A stretch of 63,975 nucleotides of DNA, filler included, from Octopus bimaculoides (GCF_001194135.2; 6 parts of 6 records of this genome joined end to end with filler, not necessarily neighbours in it), one strand, 5' to 3'. Shown: positions 26,877 through 39,860, counted from the whole stretch's first letter. Notes: generated from the letters alone by a model not told the origin. A program made the numbers and translations.

Positions 26877-26972
26877 GGTAAATTTTCAGATTAACACCCG
26901 CACGATTTTCACTACAGTGTTAGGGTTAGGGTTAGGTAGGTAATCGTGCGGGTGTTAATCTCAAGATTTACG
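26877..26972. mobile_element. 96-bp MITE with 31-bp TIRs, internal TTAGGG repeats and 8-bp TSD
   Basis: TIRs match at 28/31 with a perfect 20-bp core AGATTAACACCCGCACGATT. AAAAGATT flanks both sides (26869-26876, 26973-26980). An uninterrupted homologous site lies at 26333-26420. Confidence 0.8.
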
Positions 26973-28302
26973 AAAAGATTTTTAAAAAAACTCAGTTTGT
27001 AGGGAATAAATGTTTGTCGATCGTATTTGAAAAAGATGTCTCGCTATTTTTATTGTTTTTTTGCAGTTATCATGGTGACGGACGGAGTTAGAAATAACTT
27101 ACAATTCCCGCCAATTAGAATGAGGTCATTGGTAACCATAGGTACATATATATATGTGTGTATTCACGTATGATTGATAGTGTGTCTGTTTATTTGACTC
27201 TCACTCTTTTTCCTTCGTTTCTTTGTCTTTTTTCTTGGATCGCTCGTAAACGTTCATAAGAGAAAGTAGCAATTGAAACGTTTGTAAGAGGAGTAGAAAT
27301 AGTTAAGTAGATTGTTTTAGAGGGTAAAAGTGATTTTGTATGTAGTTTTAGTATCTGTCATTACAGTATCGAAATGTGATTGTTTCAGTTTTGATACTGA
27401 AATAGTTTTCTTTTACTGTCAGTGTCTCTCCTTCCTTTCTTTTTGTANNNNNNNNNNNNNNNNNNNNNNNNNNNNNNNNNNNNNNNNNNNNNNNNNNNNN
27501 NNNNNNNNNNNNNNNNNNNNNNNNNNNNNNNNNNNNNNNNNNNNNNNNNNNNNNNNNNNNNNNNNNNNNNNNNNNNNNNNNNNNNNNNNNNNNNNNNNNN
27601 NNNNNNNNNNNNNNNNNNNNNNNNNNNNNNNNNNNNNNNNNNNNNNNNNNNNNNNNNNNNNNNNNNNNNNNNNNNNNNNNNNNNNNNNNNNNNNNNNNNN
27701 NNNNNNNNNNNNNNNNNNNNNNNNNNNNNNNNNNNNNNNNNNNNNNNNNNNNNNNNNNNNNNNNNNNNNNNNNNNNNNNNNNNNNNNNNNNNNNNNNNNN
27801 NNNNNNNNNNNNNNNNNNNNNNNNNNNNNNNNNNNNNNNNNNNNNNNNNNNNNNNNNNNNNNNNNNNNNNNNNNNNNNNNNNNNNNNNNNNNNNNNNNNN
27901 NNNNNNNNNNNNNNNNNNNNNNNNNNNNNNNNNNNNNNNNNNNNNNNNNNNNNNNNNNNNNNNNNNNNNNNNNNNNNNNNNNNNNNNNNNNNNNNNNNNN
28001 NNNNNNNNNNNNNNNNNNNNNNNNNNNNNNNNNNNNNNNNNNNNNNNNNNNNNNNNNNNNNNNNNNNNNNNNNNNNNNNNNNNNNNNNNNNNNNNNNNNN
28101 NNNNNNNNNNNNNNNNNNNNNNNNNNNNNNNNNNNNNNNNNNNNNNNNNNNNNNNNNNNNNNNNNNNNNNNNNNNNNNNNNNNNNNNNNNNNNNNNNNNN
28201 NNNNNNNNNNNNNNNNNNNNNNNNNNNNNNNNNNNNNNNNNNNNNNNNNNNNNNNNNNNNNNNNNNNNNNNNNNNNNNNNNNNNNNNNNNNNNNNNNNNN
28301 NN

Positions 28303-28334
<32 letters not shown>

Positions 28335-29530
28335 AAAATCATCACAAGCTGAGTCAAATGCAGATACAAGAGATTTTCAGAATGACTGACAAGATCGCAA
28401 TCGTCAGCATACAAAAGTTCCCTAATGAGTGAAGTAAAAACCCTCGTTTTGAGTTTCAGTCTGGTTAGATTAAAAACATTCCCTGTTGTTTGATATTTTA
28501 TGTAAATACCCTCCTCAGAGTTTTGAAAAACTTGTGACAACACAACAGCAAAGTATATTGCAAAGAGGTTGGGTGCATCAAGGTCACCTTTCTTTACTCC
28601 ATTTTCCACAGCAAAAGATTCAGAGAGCCTACCACCAAAATTAACTCTAGCTTTCATATCTTGATGCAAAGCTCTGACCACGTTTACAAATTTTTCTGGC
28701 AACCTATTTTCCTTAGAATTAGCCACAGAGCATTTCGATTAACATTATCGAGTGCTTTGCTCAAATCAACGAAGCAATGGTATAGAACAAGATTCTGTTC
28801 AATGCACTTTTCTTGTAATTGTCTGACAGTAAAGATACAATCAGCTGTGTCCCTGGAAAAACGAAAACCACACTGAGACTCAGACACTATATTTGGAACT
28901 ATAAAGGTATTTAAACATTCTAACAAAATGCGGGCAAGTACCTTTCCAGCCAGAGACAAAAGCGAAATCCCACGAAAATTACCACACAGATCCTTTGGCC
29001 CCGATTTATACAAATTAAAATGGCATCAATCCAGTCTTGAGGAATTTTCTCAGTTCTCCAACAATGACAAATTAATATATTTAAGACTTCAAACATTTTG
29101 TCACCCCCATATTTCAAGACTTCTACACATATTCCACCAGGCCCTGGAGACTTATTGTTATTCTGCTTATTCACAGCTAAACAAATGTCATTTAGAGTTG
29201 GTTCAAATGCCATCTCTTCAATAACTGGAAGGTGTTCAATTTTTTGTATTGTCCTCATGTCAACGGATGATGGTCTATTCAAAAGTGCAGAAAAATGTTC
29301 TACCTATATGTTCTATTCATAGAACAGAAGCGACTTCAGTCAGAAGAAACCGTCCATTTGCTGTTCTCACTGGAGCTATTGAAGGAGATTTTGGACTATA
29401 TACCTCCTTAACATAAGAGTACAAACCCTTGGCATTACTTCTACCAAATGCTTCTTGTGCCTCTTTTGCTCTATCATTCCACCATTCCTGTTTAATTTTC
29501 CTTAGAGCAGTCGGTAAATCAGCGACACCA
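28335..29530 (-). mobile_element. RTE-clade LINE ORF2 fragment (linker + reverse transcriptase), frameshifted
   Basis: Three overlapping minus-strand frames join into one RT: KIPQDWIDA, GNFRGISLLSLAGKVLARIL, SESQCGFR, FVDLSKALDNVNR, GVKKGDLDAPNLF, RLKLKTRVFTSLIRELLYADDCDL. The FNLxRLxxKT...RELLYADD segment is typical of RTE/BovB-like elements. Confidence 0.92.
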
Positions 29531-29959
29531 GTTAGTTGGAAAATATCACATGATGACCAGGAAATTGACTGCGTATGGGACAGGAAATCGGTCGGGTTGT
29601 TGGAGGGGAAGTAGGAAGGGGCGGTATGTGCAAGTATATAGTTGTATATGTGGGTGTGTGGACGCGCTCATATGGTTTTGCGTACTTGTCCGTATTGATG
29701 CGAGCGTGTGCATCTGTATATGGGTGCGCAAGCGCATGCCCACACACATATGCACGCGCATACACACACATGCATACACATGTAGGCGCACACACGCACG
29801 CACACATGCATATTCATTTATATGTACACATGTATATATGCATGTATGCATGCATGTACACATGCATATTAGCGAGTGCGTGCACATGCGTACTCGCGCG
29901 CATGGATAAATCTACATGCGCATAACAAACTTTGAAGATTTGTAAGCGTTGAGAATTGG

Positions 29960-30722
29960 TAAGCATTGGAGATTGGTACTTGGTGGTCCTGCTCATGGGA
30001 GTGGTTGGTGACAGTGACCTTGGTGCAGGCGTTGTAGAGTAGCAGCTGGTACTAAGGGGGTATATCCGAGTTGTCTGCAGTCAGAGGATTGAAATTTGCC
30101 AGAAGGGTATACCTCTGGTGACAGCAATAAGATAAATCGTGTTTCTTGTTGATAGATATTGCGGGTTGTTGGAGGATATACAGTTTTTCGTAGAAGCAGA
30201 GCTGCCAGTTGGGGGCGGCGGGTGAATATGGTAGCGCTCTGTCGACGGTAGTCCACTTGATGCTGGGCGTTTCGTCTCGGAAGTCACGGATTCAAGAAAG
30301 TGGAATTCTCTCTGCCCCTATATCTAAACGAGTGCATATGCTGGGAGTGTCTTCCCTTGAAGTCATTAGCTGTCATACACGTATAGTTCTCAGTAATGTC
30401 ATTGGATGGCATAATGGTGGCTCTGTATACTACGGCCCTTGAGAGGCAGGATCCGTCTAGAGGAAGTTGCAAGTTGGGGTTAGGGGTGGTTCGGATGCCT
30501 TTTTACATCTGTTGATGCGTGCGATATCAGATACGATGTTGTCTAAGGAGGAGTAGCTTACTTTGACATTATGGGGGTTGAAGAGTTTGTAATACTTGTG
30601 GTTTCTGGGGAAGTGTTTCTTAATTAACGGCAAGAAGCCCCTAGCTACGTTGGTGGAAACTTCTAAGTTGAGAGGTGGGGTTATACCATATAATTTTCCT
30701 TCTCCTAATCATTTTGGGGTGA
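29960..30722 (-). mobile_element. Penelope-like element 3' fragment (linker + C-terminal GIY-YIG endonuclease), decayed
   Basis: Minus-strand translation across frameshifts: RRKIIWYNP, KHFPRNHKYYKLFNPHNVKVSYSS, PLDGSCLSRAVVYRATI, NYTCMTANDFKGRHSQHMHSFR, IKWTTVDRALPY, LCFYEK. These match the recalled Penelope-like (Neptune-type) C-terminal pattern; YIG has decayed to YTC. Confidence 0.85.
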
Positions 30723-30917
30723 GGTGAAGGTGTTATATATATATATATATATATNNNNNNNNNNNNNNNNNNNNNNNNNNNNNNNNNNNNNNNNNNNNNN
30801 NNNNNNNNNNNNNNNNNNNNNNNNNNNNNNNNNNNNNNNNNNNNNNNNNNNNNNNNNNNNNNNNNNNNNNNNNNNNNNNNNNNNNNNNNNNNNNNNNNNN
30901 NNNNNNNNNNNNNNNNN

Positions 30918-30964
<47 letters not shown>

Positions 30965-31840
30965 ATACGTTAAGAACGCTAGGTTCTGCCCCGTTATGTC
31001 CAATATCTTAGCGGAGTAATATACAAACAGTAGTGTGCAATTTCGTCAGTAATATATTTGATCACAGTCCAACGACTGAAATCAGTAAGAAAATAAAAGA
31101 TTGCCTGGAAAAGTTTTACATGGTCGGTTTCATGACACCAGAGAAACTGAAATTGAATTTTCCTGCTAGTAGATTGATATATTATTGACGTGTATTTTCA
31201 GGCAGACGTCCATTCCTTCTCGACTGGCTTTGGTAGTTATTGTTCATAAACGACAGACATATCATCTTTGTACATTAATAAAAGCAATTAAATCACTTCT
31301 TCCACCTTTATTTATCTCTCTATGTTTGCTGCTAAATGTTTTACTTTGTTTTTCTCTTCGTACATATATACAACACTCACTCATACATACGTGTGTGTGC
31401 TTATATATATATAGGCACACACACATACGTGTATGCATATACGTATATGTGCATGCACGTGTTATATGAATTTCTGAATGCTATCTTGATTTATCAGTTA
31501 CTGGATATAAAGCATGATTTATAATGTAAGCAGATAAAGGCTTCGGTTCGTATCAAATGATTATAGCTACAGATATACTCCTTATGCACATACATATTTT
31601 GTTATTCTTTTATTAGTTATAATCCTTGCATAAGCTAGTTTGTTGCTATACTTTGGCGCCATCATTACTATCTCTACAGCTATGCTTTTGATTTTTAGTA
31701 AATGAGTGAGTTAATACTATTGCCTTCATCTGCGTTTCTTCCTCATCTGGATGAGTGCAAGAGCCAAGTAGCTCTCAGTAAGATGTCAAATATCCACGTG
31801 TTTTTTCAATACATTTATACTCACTGTATTCTTTTATTCT

Positions 31841-32269
31841 TTTCTTTTATTTGTTTCAGTCATTTGACTGCGGCCATGCTGGAGCACCGCCTTTAGTCGA
31901 GCAAATCAACCCCAGGACTTATTTTTTGTAAGCCTAGTACTTATTCTATCGGTCTCTCTTGCCGAACCGTTAAGTTACGGGGACGTAAACACACCAGCAT
32001 CGGTTGTCAAGCGATGTTGGGGGGACAAACACAGACACACAAACATACACGCACACACACACACACACACGCACGCACGCACACACAAACACACACACAC
32101 ACATACATATATACGACAGGCTTTTTTCAGTTTCCATCTACCAAATCCACTCACAAGGCTTTGGTCGGCTCGAGGCTGTAGTAGAAGACACTTGCCCAAG
32201 GTGTCACGCAGTGGGACTGAACCCGGAACCATGTGATTGGTAAGCAAGCTACTTACCACACAGCCACTC
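31841..32269 (-). mobile_element. tRNA-derived SINE family C, full length, with internal (CA)n
   Basis: Minus-strand head GAGTGGCTGTGTGGTAAGTAGC...CCGGGTTCAGTCCCACTGCG then CTTGGGCAAGTGTCTTC. The 3' part is nearly identical to 39634-39860. Partial copies at about 20060-20200, 21520-21660 and 24307-24368. Confidence 0.9.
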
Positions 32270-33279
32270 GTATATTTCTCAATTCATTTTTACTGAACTC
32301 TTGAAAAGCGGTTGCAGTATTTGATCTTAACTTTTGATGATGAGGGTTAAACCCATGTCACTATGCATCTATGACCTGTTCGATGACTAGATTCTAATAA
32401 TTCGAGGGCCTCCTATATATAATTCACTAATCATTTTCCCATAACTGCTCCAAAGAATACTGTCTTATCTCATTCACTTTTGCATTTTGACAATTTCCTT
32501 TGTGCTAACGTTGAATATTTGGTAGTCTTTCCGTTAGCTTAATAGTCTGCAGTAACCATAACTGTGAACACTTGTCCAAACGGCTAAGGGAAAAATTCTT
32601 TCATGCGACCCGTATGTCTTCTGTCATGCTGGCTGCTCTCAGATTCTATCCTGTTAGTCTTCTGCTCATCGTTGTTATCTTAGTAATATGTAGACACGAA
32701 ATAATACATCATTATTCATGCTGACTTACTTGTTATACACTGATTGTGACTAGGATTGCAATTCCCTCTGATCCTGTGCATATGTATTGTGGGTTGATAA
32801 TAAAGTACTTGAAAATTTCCGGTATTAAATTGCATTTTTTGTTGTTCAGCCTATATACAAGCTGCATTGCAATTTTGCTGTAAATTCGCAGTCTCGATCG
32901 TCTGGGATATATATGTAGAGCCATTATAGCTAATTAGATTGGCGGCCTAAGTAACTGAGAGCACATGTGATGGTACTACAAATCACAGTGTCCCAAGGTA
33001 GTTCCCGCAGGGACTCCACTCAAAAATAATATTTTCTTTCAGAGAGAAACGTTTGACATAGCTGTTTGACTTCCACAATCTTAAAAAGTTATGCAGTCAC
33101 GCTCAGTTTCCTAATTCTACTGGGGGGTTGCGCAATGTATAACATGTCAGTCAATGAGCGACTTTATCTCAGCGTTCTGCAAAGATGAAATGTACCACAT
33201 CTGCGGTTGAACTGTTAAGTAGATGTTTCAATAACAGTTATAATGATATAGAAATCGAGGCAATTTCTTGTACAAAAAC

Positions 33280-33560
33280 TGCGTTGAGTGTCAGTTAGCA
33301 AGAAATTATCTCGTAAGAACCAGATTAGTTGTCTCTAATCATTCGTCCAGAGCTGTAATTTTTAGCATTTTCTCAGTTTTCACCTTTGTGCATAGATTAT
33401 ATTATAATGTCTTTGAACATATGGGGGAAATTTTCCACACGCAAGGAAGCTTTGGAAAAGTATCTGAAGTGCTTTAACTTAAGTCTATTAACATGATCTT
33501 GAGAAAATTGTCAGAAATGTATCGAGTTTTAAGTTCATTTCATTTATATATTACATCTGC
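33280..33560 (-). mobile_element. Highly decayed CR1/L2-like RT fragment
   Basis: Minus strand across frameshifts: FQSFLACGKFP, MHKGEN*ENAKNY, LIWFLRDNFLLTDTQ resemble the FNxSLxxGxFP / PIHKxG / NYRPISL / LxxFLExNxLLxxxQ series. Confidence 0.45.
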
Positions 33561-34144
33561 CTTCTTTATGTTTATGCAATCAATAGTTGCTGCGTTCCTA
33601 TGTAGAATGCAGCATCGAAAAATTCATCTTGCTTATATATCTGCTTGTTTATTTGAGGCGAAAATACAATTGAATTTTGCCATAAGTATTTCTCTTCGTA
33701 TTTTAGGCTCAGCTGTTAGTGAGTAAGCTACTGAGGACAACGACCCCATTTTGTAACATGCTGTGGCTGACACTAGTCAACATAGAGAAACATTCACAGC
33801 TGTTTAGCCCTGCTTCTTCTTTCTGCTCTCTCATTTTTACTGTGTTCGATTCGATTCGATTATTAGGAATGTTCGATTCGGTTCTTTATTATTATTAGGC
33901 GTGTCCTTTTTAGGGGGTGGAGTTTGGATGTTCACGAACCTGTTAAGCAATTTCAGATCTTTCTTCTCATAAAAAAAAAATCATGTTTCTCAATCATCTT
34001 TTTCTTGAGCATATTGAATGCATATGACTTGCGTTATTGACGTAAAATGCTTAAGTTTGATACAATTGTATTCCATAGGAAGTCGAAACGTTTTTGATGA
34101 TCTCTTTTTTGGATTAATTTCCGGATAGAATTGTATATAATATC

Positions 34145-34228
<84 letters not shown>

Positions 34229-34270
34229 CATACATACAAACACGCTTTTATACACACACACACACACATT

Positions 34271-36326
34271 AGGGTTATGACCTTTTACAAACATCATAAA
34301 GATTTTGAAGGCACTTGATTGCCCGTTCTGCGCTCTGCTTTGTTCTGGGAATTTCCAGTTTTGATGGTTCTCGACTCCAAAAGTTTTTTACAGAGTACAA
34401 TGCCTTTTATGAACTTGCAGGCTACCACATAACTGACATTTGGTCAGTAAACAAAAAATCTGCCCAGCTGTAAGAGATGAGTCGACAAACATTGAGAAGC
34501 AAAGCTCTTTTCTCTGGTAGAAGAATAAATGCCAAAAGAGCTAGTATTGCTCGAGAATTCCATCTTGCATTACTTAAGTTGGGTATTTTTTGAAACTTTA
34601 CAGTAGGAAATTTGTCGATTTCTTCAAAGAAACGAAGAACTCTGGTCAAATGAAATAGAAATTTCCTGTCATATCGCGATCCTGCTGATTCAGTAATCTT
34701 TTCTTCATCATTGCTGAAATTAGCCTGGAGTTTCTTGTAATTACTTAAAAGCTCTGGTATGAATGTATATTCAATATTGAGAGATGACTTTTTTCTCCAA
34801 GTTCCTCATCCATTACAACACGAAGAACTGTCAATGATATGATGCTAACAACCAATAAATTGCGGTTCTTTCAAACCCTTTTGAGCAAAGTGTTTGCAAC
34901 TGAATGGTAATGCTATTTCTTTTCTCAGTGTTCACACTGGTTGTATTAGCAACAATCATCTTTACACAGTTCCATAAATTGTATTAATCTAAAACAGCTG
35001 TTATTCCTTTCACAACAGTATCGGCTTTTCCGTTGTGTAAATGGAGTGTTTCTAACTTAACTTCTCTCTGTTCATTCTTTAAAACTAGCACTTGGTATTC
35101 TTGGTCATCAATACGTTTACCATCAAAATGCAATGACCAGTTTTCCAAATGTACTGTTTTGCTTTGTTCATTTTCTTTTTTAGTTTAACAGCTTCTTTGA
35201 TAGTCGATCTGTAAATATCACATTGTGAAGGAGTCTCGACATTGATTCCATTTTGAGATAATTGTCGACAAACTGTTGTTGCTTTTTGGGTTCACAGTTT
35301 GGAAGATACTAACTTTGTAGCAGTTCCAGTTTTGCTATACATCCTCCTTGTTTGTGTGGATTCTTCATCTGATTTTTCGGACTCTTGATATTCACTTTCA
35401 GTCTCTGCTTCAAACGTTGACGATGAAACTGGAGTTAGAACACTTTTCTTCTTTCGGATGGATGGATAGTTTTGGAAACTGGCTGCCTTTCCAGTTCCAT
35501 ACCCAACCTGTCCCTTGCTTTCAATTTGAAAATAATACAACCTTCAGTCCTCACTGCACAGCCATTCACCGTTTTCCTTTGTGATGTCAAAAATTTCTTT
35601 CAATGAATCGTATTTTCCTCGTTTTACACATTTATCGTAGGTATTCAACACATTTTCTACTTTTGCTTGTACATCTTGAATTGATAAATATGGTAAATTT
35701 ATTTTCTTTTGCCATAAAAAGTTACTTTTCTCGAAATTTCCTTTCTTTCTTTCCTTCCTTTGATGTTACCTCCAAGGAACAAGTAGCGACCAACAATTTG
35801 AAGCTTCATTGTATCCTGTAGTTGTTTTCCAAAGAATGCTCTTCTAAAGGAACAGATCTTCTTTTCCTATGTGAGTCTTGAAATTGCACGAGATTCTTCA
35901 TCCAGATTTTTTGTTTCTTCGAGTCACACAAGCACTTCTCTTATGATACATTATTCTAGATATTCTAGTTGGATAAGTCTACTATTCTGAAAAACAGTTA
36001 ATATAGTCAGAGTTTTTAGCGTCGCAGAAATAAAAAGGAGAGGAAGAGGATATTTCCTAAAGTAGGGCCTAAGTGGTAACAATTTTAAAAATTTATAACT
36101 CTCCTCAACAACTTAAACTTGAAAGCTGAAATTTGAGATATACTGCTTCTGCATTGCATTAAGTCAGCATACCAAGTTTAGTAAAACCTTGAGAAGGCGT
36201 TATGAACCCCATTAGAATTTTGCACGATTTGGATCAAAAGTAGTGTTACATTTATTCAGTTCGGGGTGAAATTTAAAAAAAAACAACTTAAAGGTTATTC
36301 CAAAGAAATCAAAAAGTCAAAACTCT
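34271..36326 (-). pseudogene. hAT-superfamily (hATx-like) transposase pseudogene with imperfect TIRs
   Basis: Minus-strand motifs WSLHFDGK, GKADTVVKGITAVLD*YNLWNCVKMIVANTTSVNT, C*HHIID, NARWNSRAILALLAFILLP resemble the hATx HWDGK / DTTxxNTG / CRHH / ARWMAKAI series, with stops and frameshifts. Ends AGGGTTATGACCTTTT (34271) and AAAAAGTCAAAACTCT (36311-36326) are inverted at 13/16. Confidence 0.7.
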
Positions 36327-36340
36327 TATATATATGTGTC

Positions 36341-36377
<37 letters not shown>

Positions 36378-36411
36378 TTATGTATGTATATATACATATA
36401 TGTATACATAC

Positions 36412-36481
<70 letters not shown>

Positions 36482-36989
36482 TTTAATAATAAGGGTAGAA
36501 ATTGATATTAATCAATTAAAACCAGTGGTCTAGCAAATTAAAAAAACCCAAAGATTAAAATTATATTAAATACAAAAATAAGAGGAATGACCAGCAAAAG
36601 TGGACTCCTATATGCTAGAAATAGATGCCGAATCATCTAGCCACGAAGAATATGTTCTCAGTAAAATTTCAGCGAGACAACAGACTTATTCGGTTAAAAT
36701 GTCTTACGTTTAAGCTGGTTTCTATGCATTTCCCTAAAGAGAAGATTACATTCATAACATCACCGATTCATATGGAAGGTATAATTTGTAATCTTCGAAA
36801 CATATGTTGGAAATAAAAGTATGCAGTTATCATATGCGTTTTACTCCATTCAATAAATTTATATATATATATACTTTTATATATATAGCAACATTTAGAT
36901 TCAGATGAATTAGGTACTTGAGTTGACGCACCAGAATTTAGTACGGTATTATCCATACAGTTTCAAAATAAGGTGATTAAAATCAAAAG

Positions 36990-38548
36990 AAGCAACAGGG
37001 TATCCAGGGGTAATGCAGTACGATTGTTTCAAGTGACTCCAGTTAATTGAACAATGTAATCATTACATCAATTTAAATGCAGAGCAATCCTCAGTTGCAT
37101 AAATACATAGAATTAAATTAAATTAAAACTGATCGACACATTAGTATAATTTTACCTAAAACATCCAAGAAGGTAAGGAGATAGACAAAGATCATGCTGT
37201 CTTCACTTCAGCTTAGATGCTACTAATGCATCAAGAAAAAAACCTTGTTAGAGATCTAGCTTGTCAATGTTTTTGGGGGGTCAATTTTAATTTATAGTCT
37301 TGTTTATCAAATCTTTGTATATCAAAATCTAAGGCCAAGGAACAAGGAGTAGTGTCTGTTAGGAAAGGGGTTGAGGGAGTGAATAGAAATCATAGTGGGT
37401 TTAGTCATAAAACTATCAAGATTAATTTGAAGCAATGAGATTTAGTAAAGGAAGATCTTAAATCAAGATGTTAGTTATCAGTTAAAGGGTATAAAGTTAA
37501 AATTTAGGTTTATCAAGAAGATTATTAAGAAGAGTATTATAACCAAAAGGATAAAATTTTTGAATACTTTTCAGTATATACCAAAATTTACCACAATAGA
37601 GGGAGGAAAGAAATTACATAAAAATAGTTTAATATTTATTCATATTATATACTTAAATATTAATTTATTAGATGGTGTCTATGAAGATTGATCATTGGCA
37701 TTTACTGGTATTTAATAAAGGAGTACTGAGGCGAAAGAACATGCTAACTATATATTAATTAAATTATAATCTAAGCAGTTTATTTTAAGTTCTGAAGATA
37801 CCGGTACTGTTATATATAAGCTAAATATGAATTTCTAGAGGTACAAAAAATAGGTTTATTTCATAATGGCTATTATAAAATAGAAAAGGAATAAAATACT
37901 TTAATCACTAAAACTATAATGAAGTATATACCTTATTAACATCAATAGAGAAGATTAACAGAAAATGTATAATAATTCAAGTATTTAAACTAAAAATTTT
38001 ACTTATTTAGTTTGTATCTATAAAGACTGATACCTGGTATTAACTAAAGGAATATTGAAGTTATAGGACATGCTAACTATATATTAATTATAAACTAAGT
38101 GGTATAATATAGGTTTTAAAAGTATTTAGTGTTAATCCATACATGATAATATAGTTTCTTAGAGGTACTTAATTAGGAGGGCTACTTACATAAAGGCCCT
38201 TATAAATGCTAAGATCAGGACGGTGGAACACTATAGGAAAAAGGATAAATAAAAGGGATAAACCATGATGAAATCTGACCAACTAGGCAGAAAAAATTCA
38301 TATGGATAGTATATTAACTCTGTGTAGCACACTAATTAACTATACCATATAGCTAACAGACACTGCTCCTTGGAGGTTTTAGGTAAAATTATACTAATGT
38401 GTCCACCTGTTTTGATTTAATTTAATTCTATGTATTTATGCAGCTGAGGATCGCTCTGCATTGAAATTGATGTAATGATTACATTGTTCAATTAATTGGA
38501 GTCGCTTGAAACGGTCGTATTGCATTACCTCTGGATACCCTGTTGCTT
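36990..38548. mobile_element. 1.56-kb AT-rich element with about 180-bp inverted arms
   Basis: 36990-37172 and 38369-38548 are reverse complements at roughly 90% identity by eye. The interior is homologous to 42720-43520 on the opposite strand. Confidence 0.75.
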
Positions 38549-38641
38549 TATATATATATATATATATATATNNNNNNNNNNNNNNNNNNNNNNNNNNNNN
38601 NNNNNNNNNNNNNNNNNNNNNNNNNNNNNNNNNNNNNNNNN

Positions 38642-38712
<71 letters not shown>

Positions 38713-38749
38713 TTACTAATTACTAGCCTGCTAGCCTTGGCTATGTCAA

Positions 38750-38961
38750 GATGGATTTTTATGTATTCTCCTTCCCACTTGGATTTTAAATGTTGCCACA
38801 ATTATAATATGTCTATTCTACTGTAATTTTTCTATATTTTTGTGCAGCTGAAGATTGCTCTACATATTGCATTTAATGTAATGCTTGCATTACTTAAATA
38901 AATGGAGTAGTATGAAACCTGCGTACTGCAATCATCTTTAAAATCCGTGTTGTTTATTTTA

Positions 38962-38962
<1 letters not shown>
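38750..38962 (-). repeat. Dispersed repeat related to the inverted arms; further copies at about 54925-55160 (+) and 56260-56470 (+)
   Basis: Shared core GCAGTACGCA.GTTTCAT.CTAC...TTTATTTAAGTAATGC.AGCATTA...GAGCAATC.TCAGCTGCAC seen in all three copies. The strand label is relative only. Confidence 0.8.
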
Positions 38963-39023
<61 letters not shown>

Positions 39024-39633
39024 GCATATATGGATACAGGACGTCACCAAGTGTAGACAACATGAAATACGAATACAAACGCGTTAAATATGCAAACAAC
39101 GAGAAAAAAAGGAAATCAGAGCAAGTAACACAAAAACGACCTTTCATCAGTTGTTGGCTGTCTATCTAACCCCTCATTTCAAGCATTCAACGACAATATT
39201 TTAGATTTTATGGAGGGTCAAAGTTGGGAACAAAAATAGGAGAATGGAAACATATAAGGAAACCGAACGGAAACAAACATGGAAGGTCGTCAGACCAGAA
39301 CGAGGGAGAAAATAGTGAACGGTGGGAGAAATATTTTCTTTGAAAAGAGAAAAGATAGAAGAAAGAGATAGGAGACGTCTAGTCCTTAGAACGTCCGTCC
39401 AGGAAAGAAAGATGGTCACGTGAATTTAAGAAAGATGAGCAACGAGAGAAAGAGAAAAAGAGAGACAGATAGAAAACCGTGAAGGGAAGAAAAAGGGAAT
39501 TTCAGAAGGATAGAGGAAAAAACAGTATAAAGTAGGGTCGCATCGAAAATGTTAAGACAAACTTACTTGGAAATGTTCAATTAAATAATGATATAAATAA
39601 TATATATGAATGTATGTATATATCTATTTTTTT

Positions 39634-39860
39634 TTACTCTTTTTACTTGTTTCAGTCATTTGACTGCGGCCATGCTGGAGCACCGCCTTTAGTCGAGAAA
39701 ATCGACCCCAGGATTTATTCTTTGTAAGCCTAGTACTTATTTTATCGGTCTCTTTTTGCCGAACCGCTAAGTTACGGGGACGTAACCACACCAGCATCGG
39801 TTGTCAAGCGATGGTGGGGGGACAAACACAGACACACAAACACACATAAATATATATATA
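39634..39860 (-). mobile_element. SINE family C, 3' part (runs into gap)
   Basis: TTGTTTCAGTCATTTGACTGCGGCCATGCTGGAGCACCGCCTTTAGTCGAG... near-identical to 31851-32040. Confidence 0.9.

Noticed and set aside
37200-38370. Nuclear mitochondrial insertion (very AT-rich, strand-biased)
   Set aside because: No recognisable mitochondrial protein, rRNA or tRNA motif; internal repeats and inverted arms fit a transposon better.
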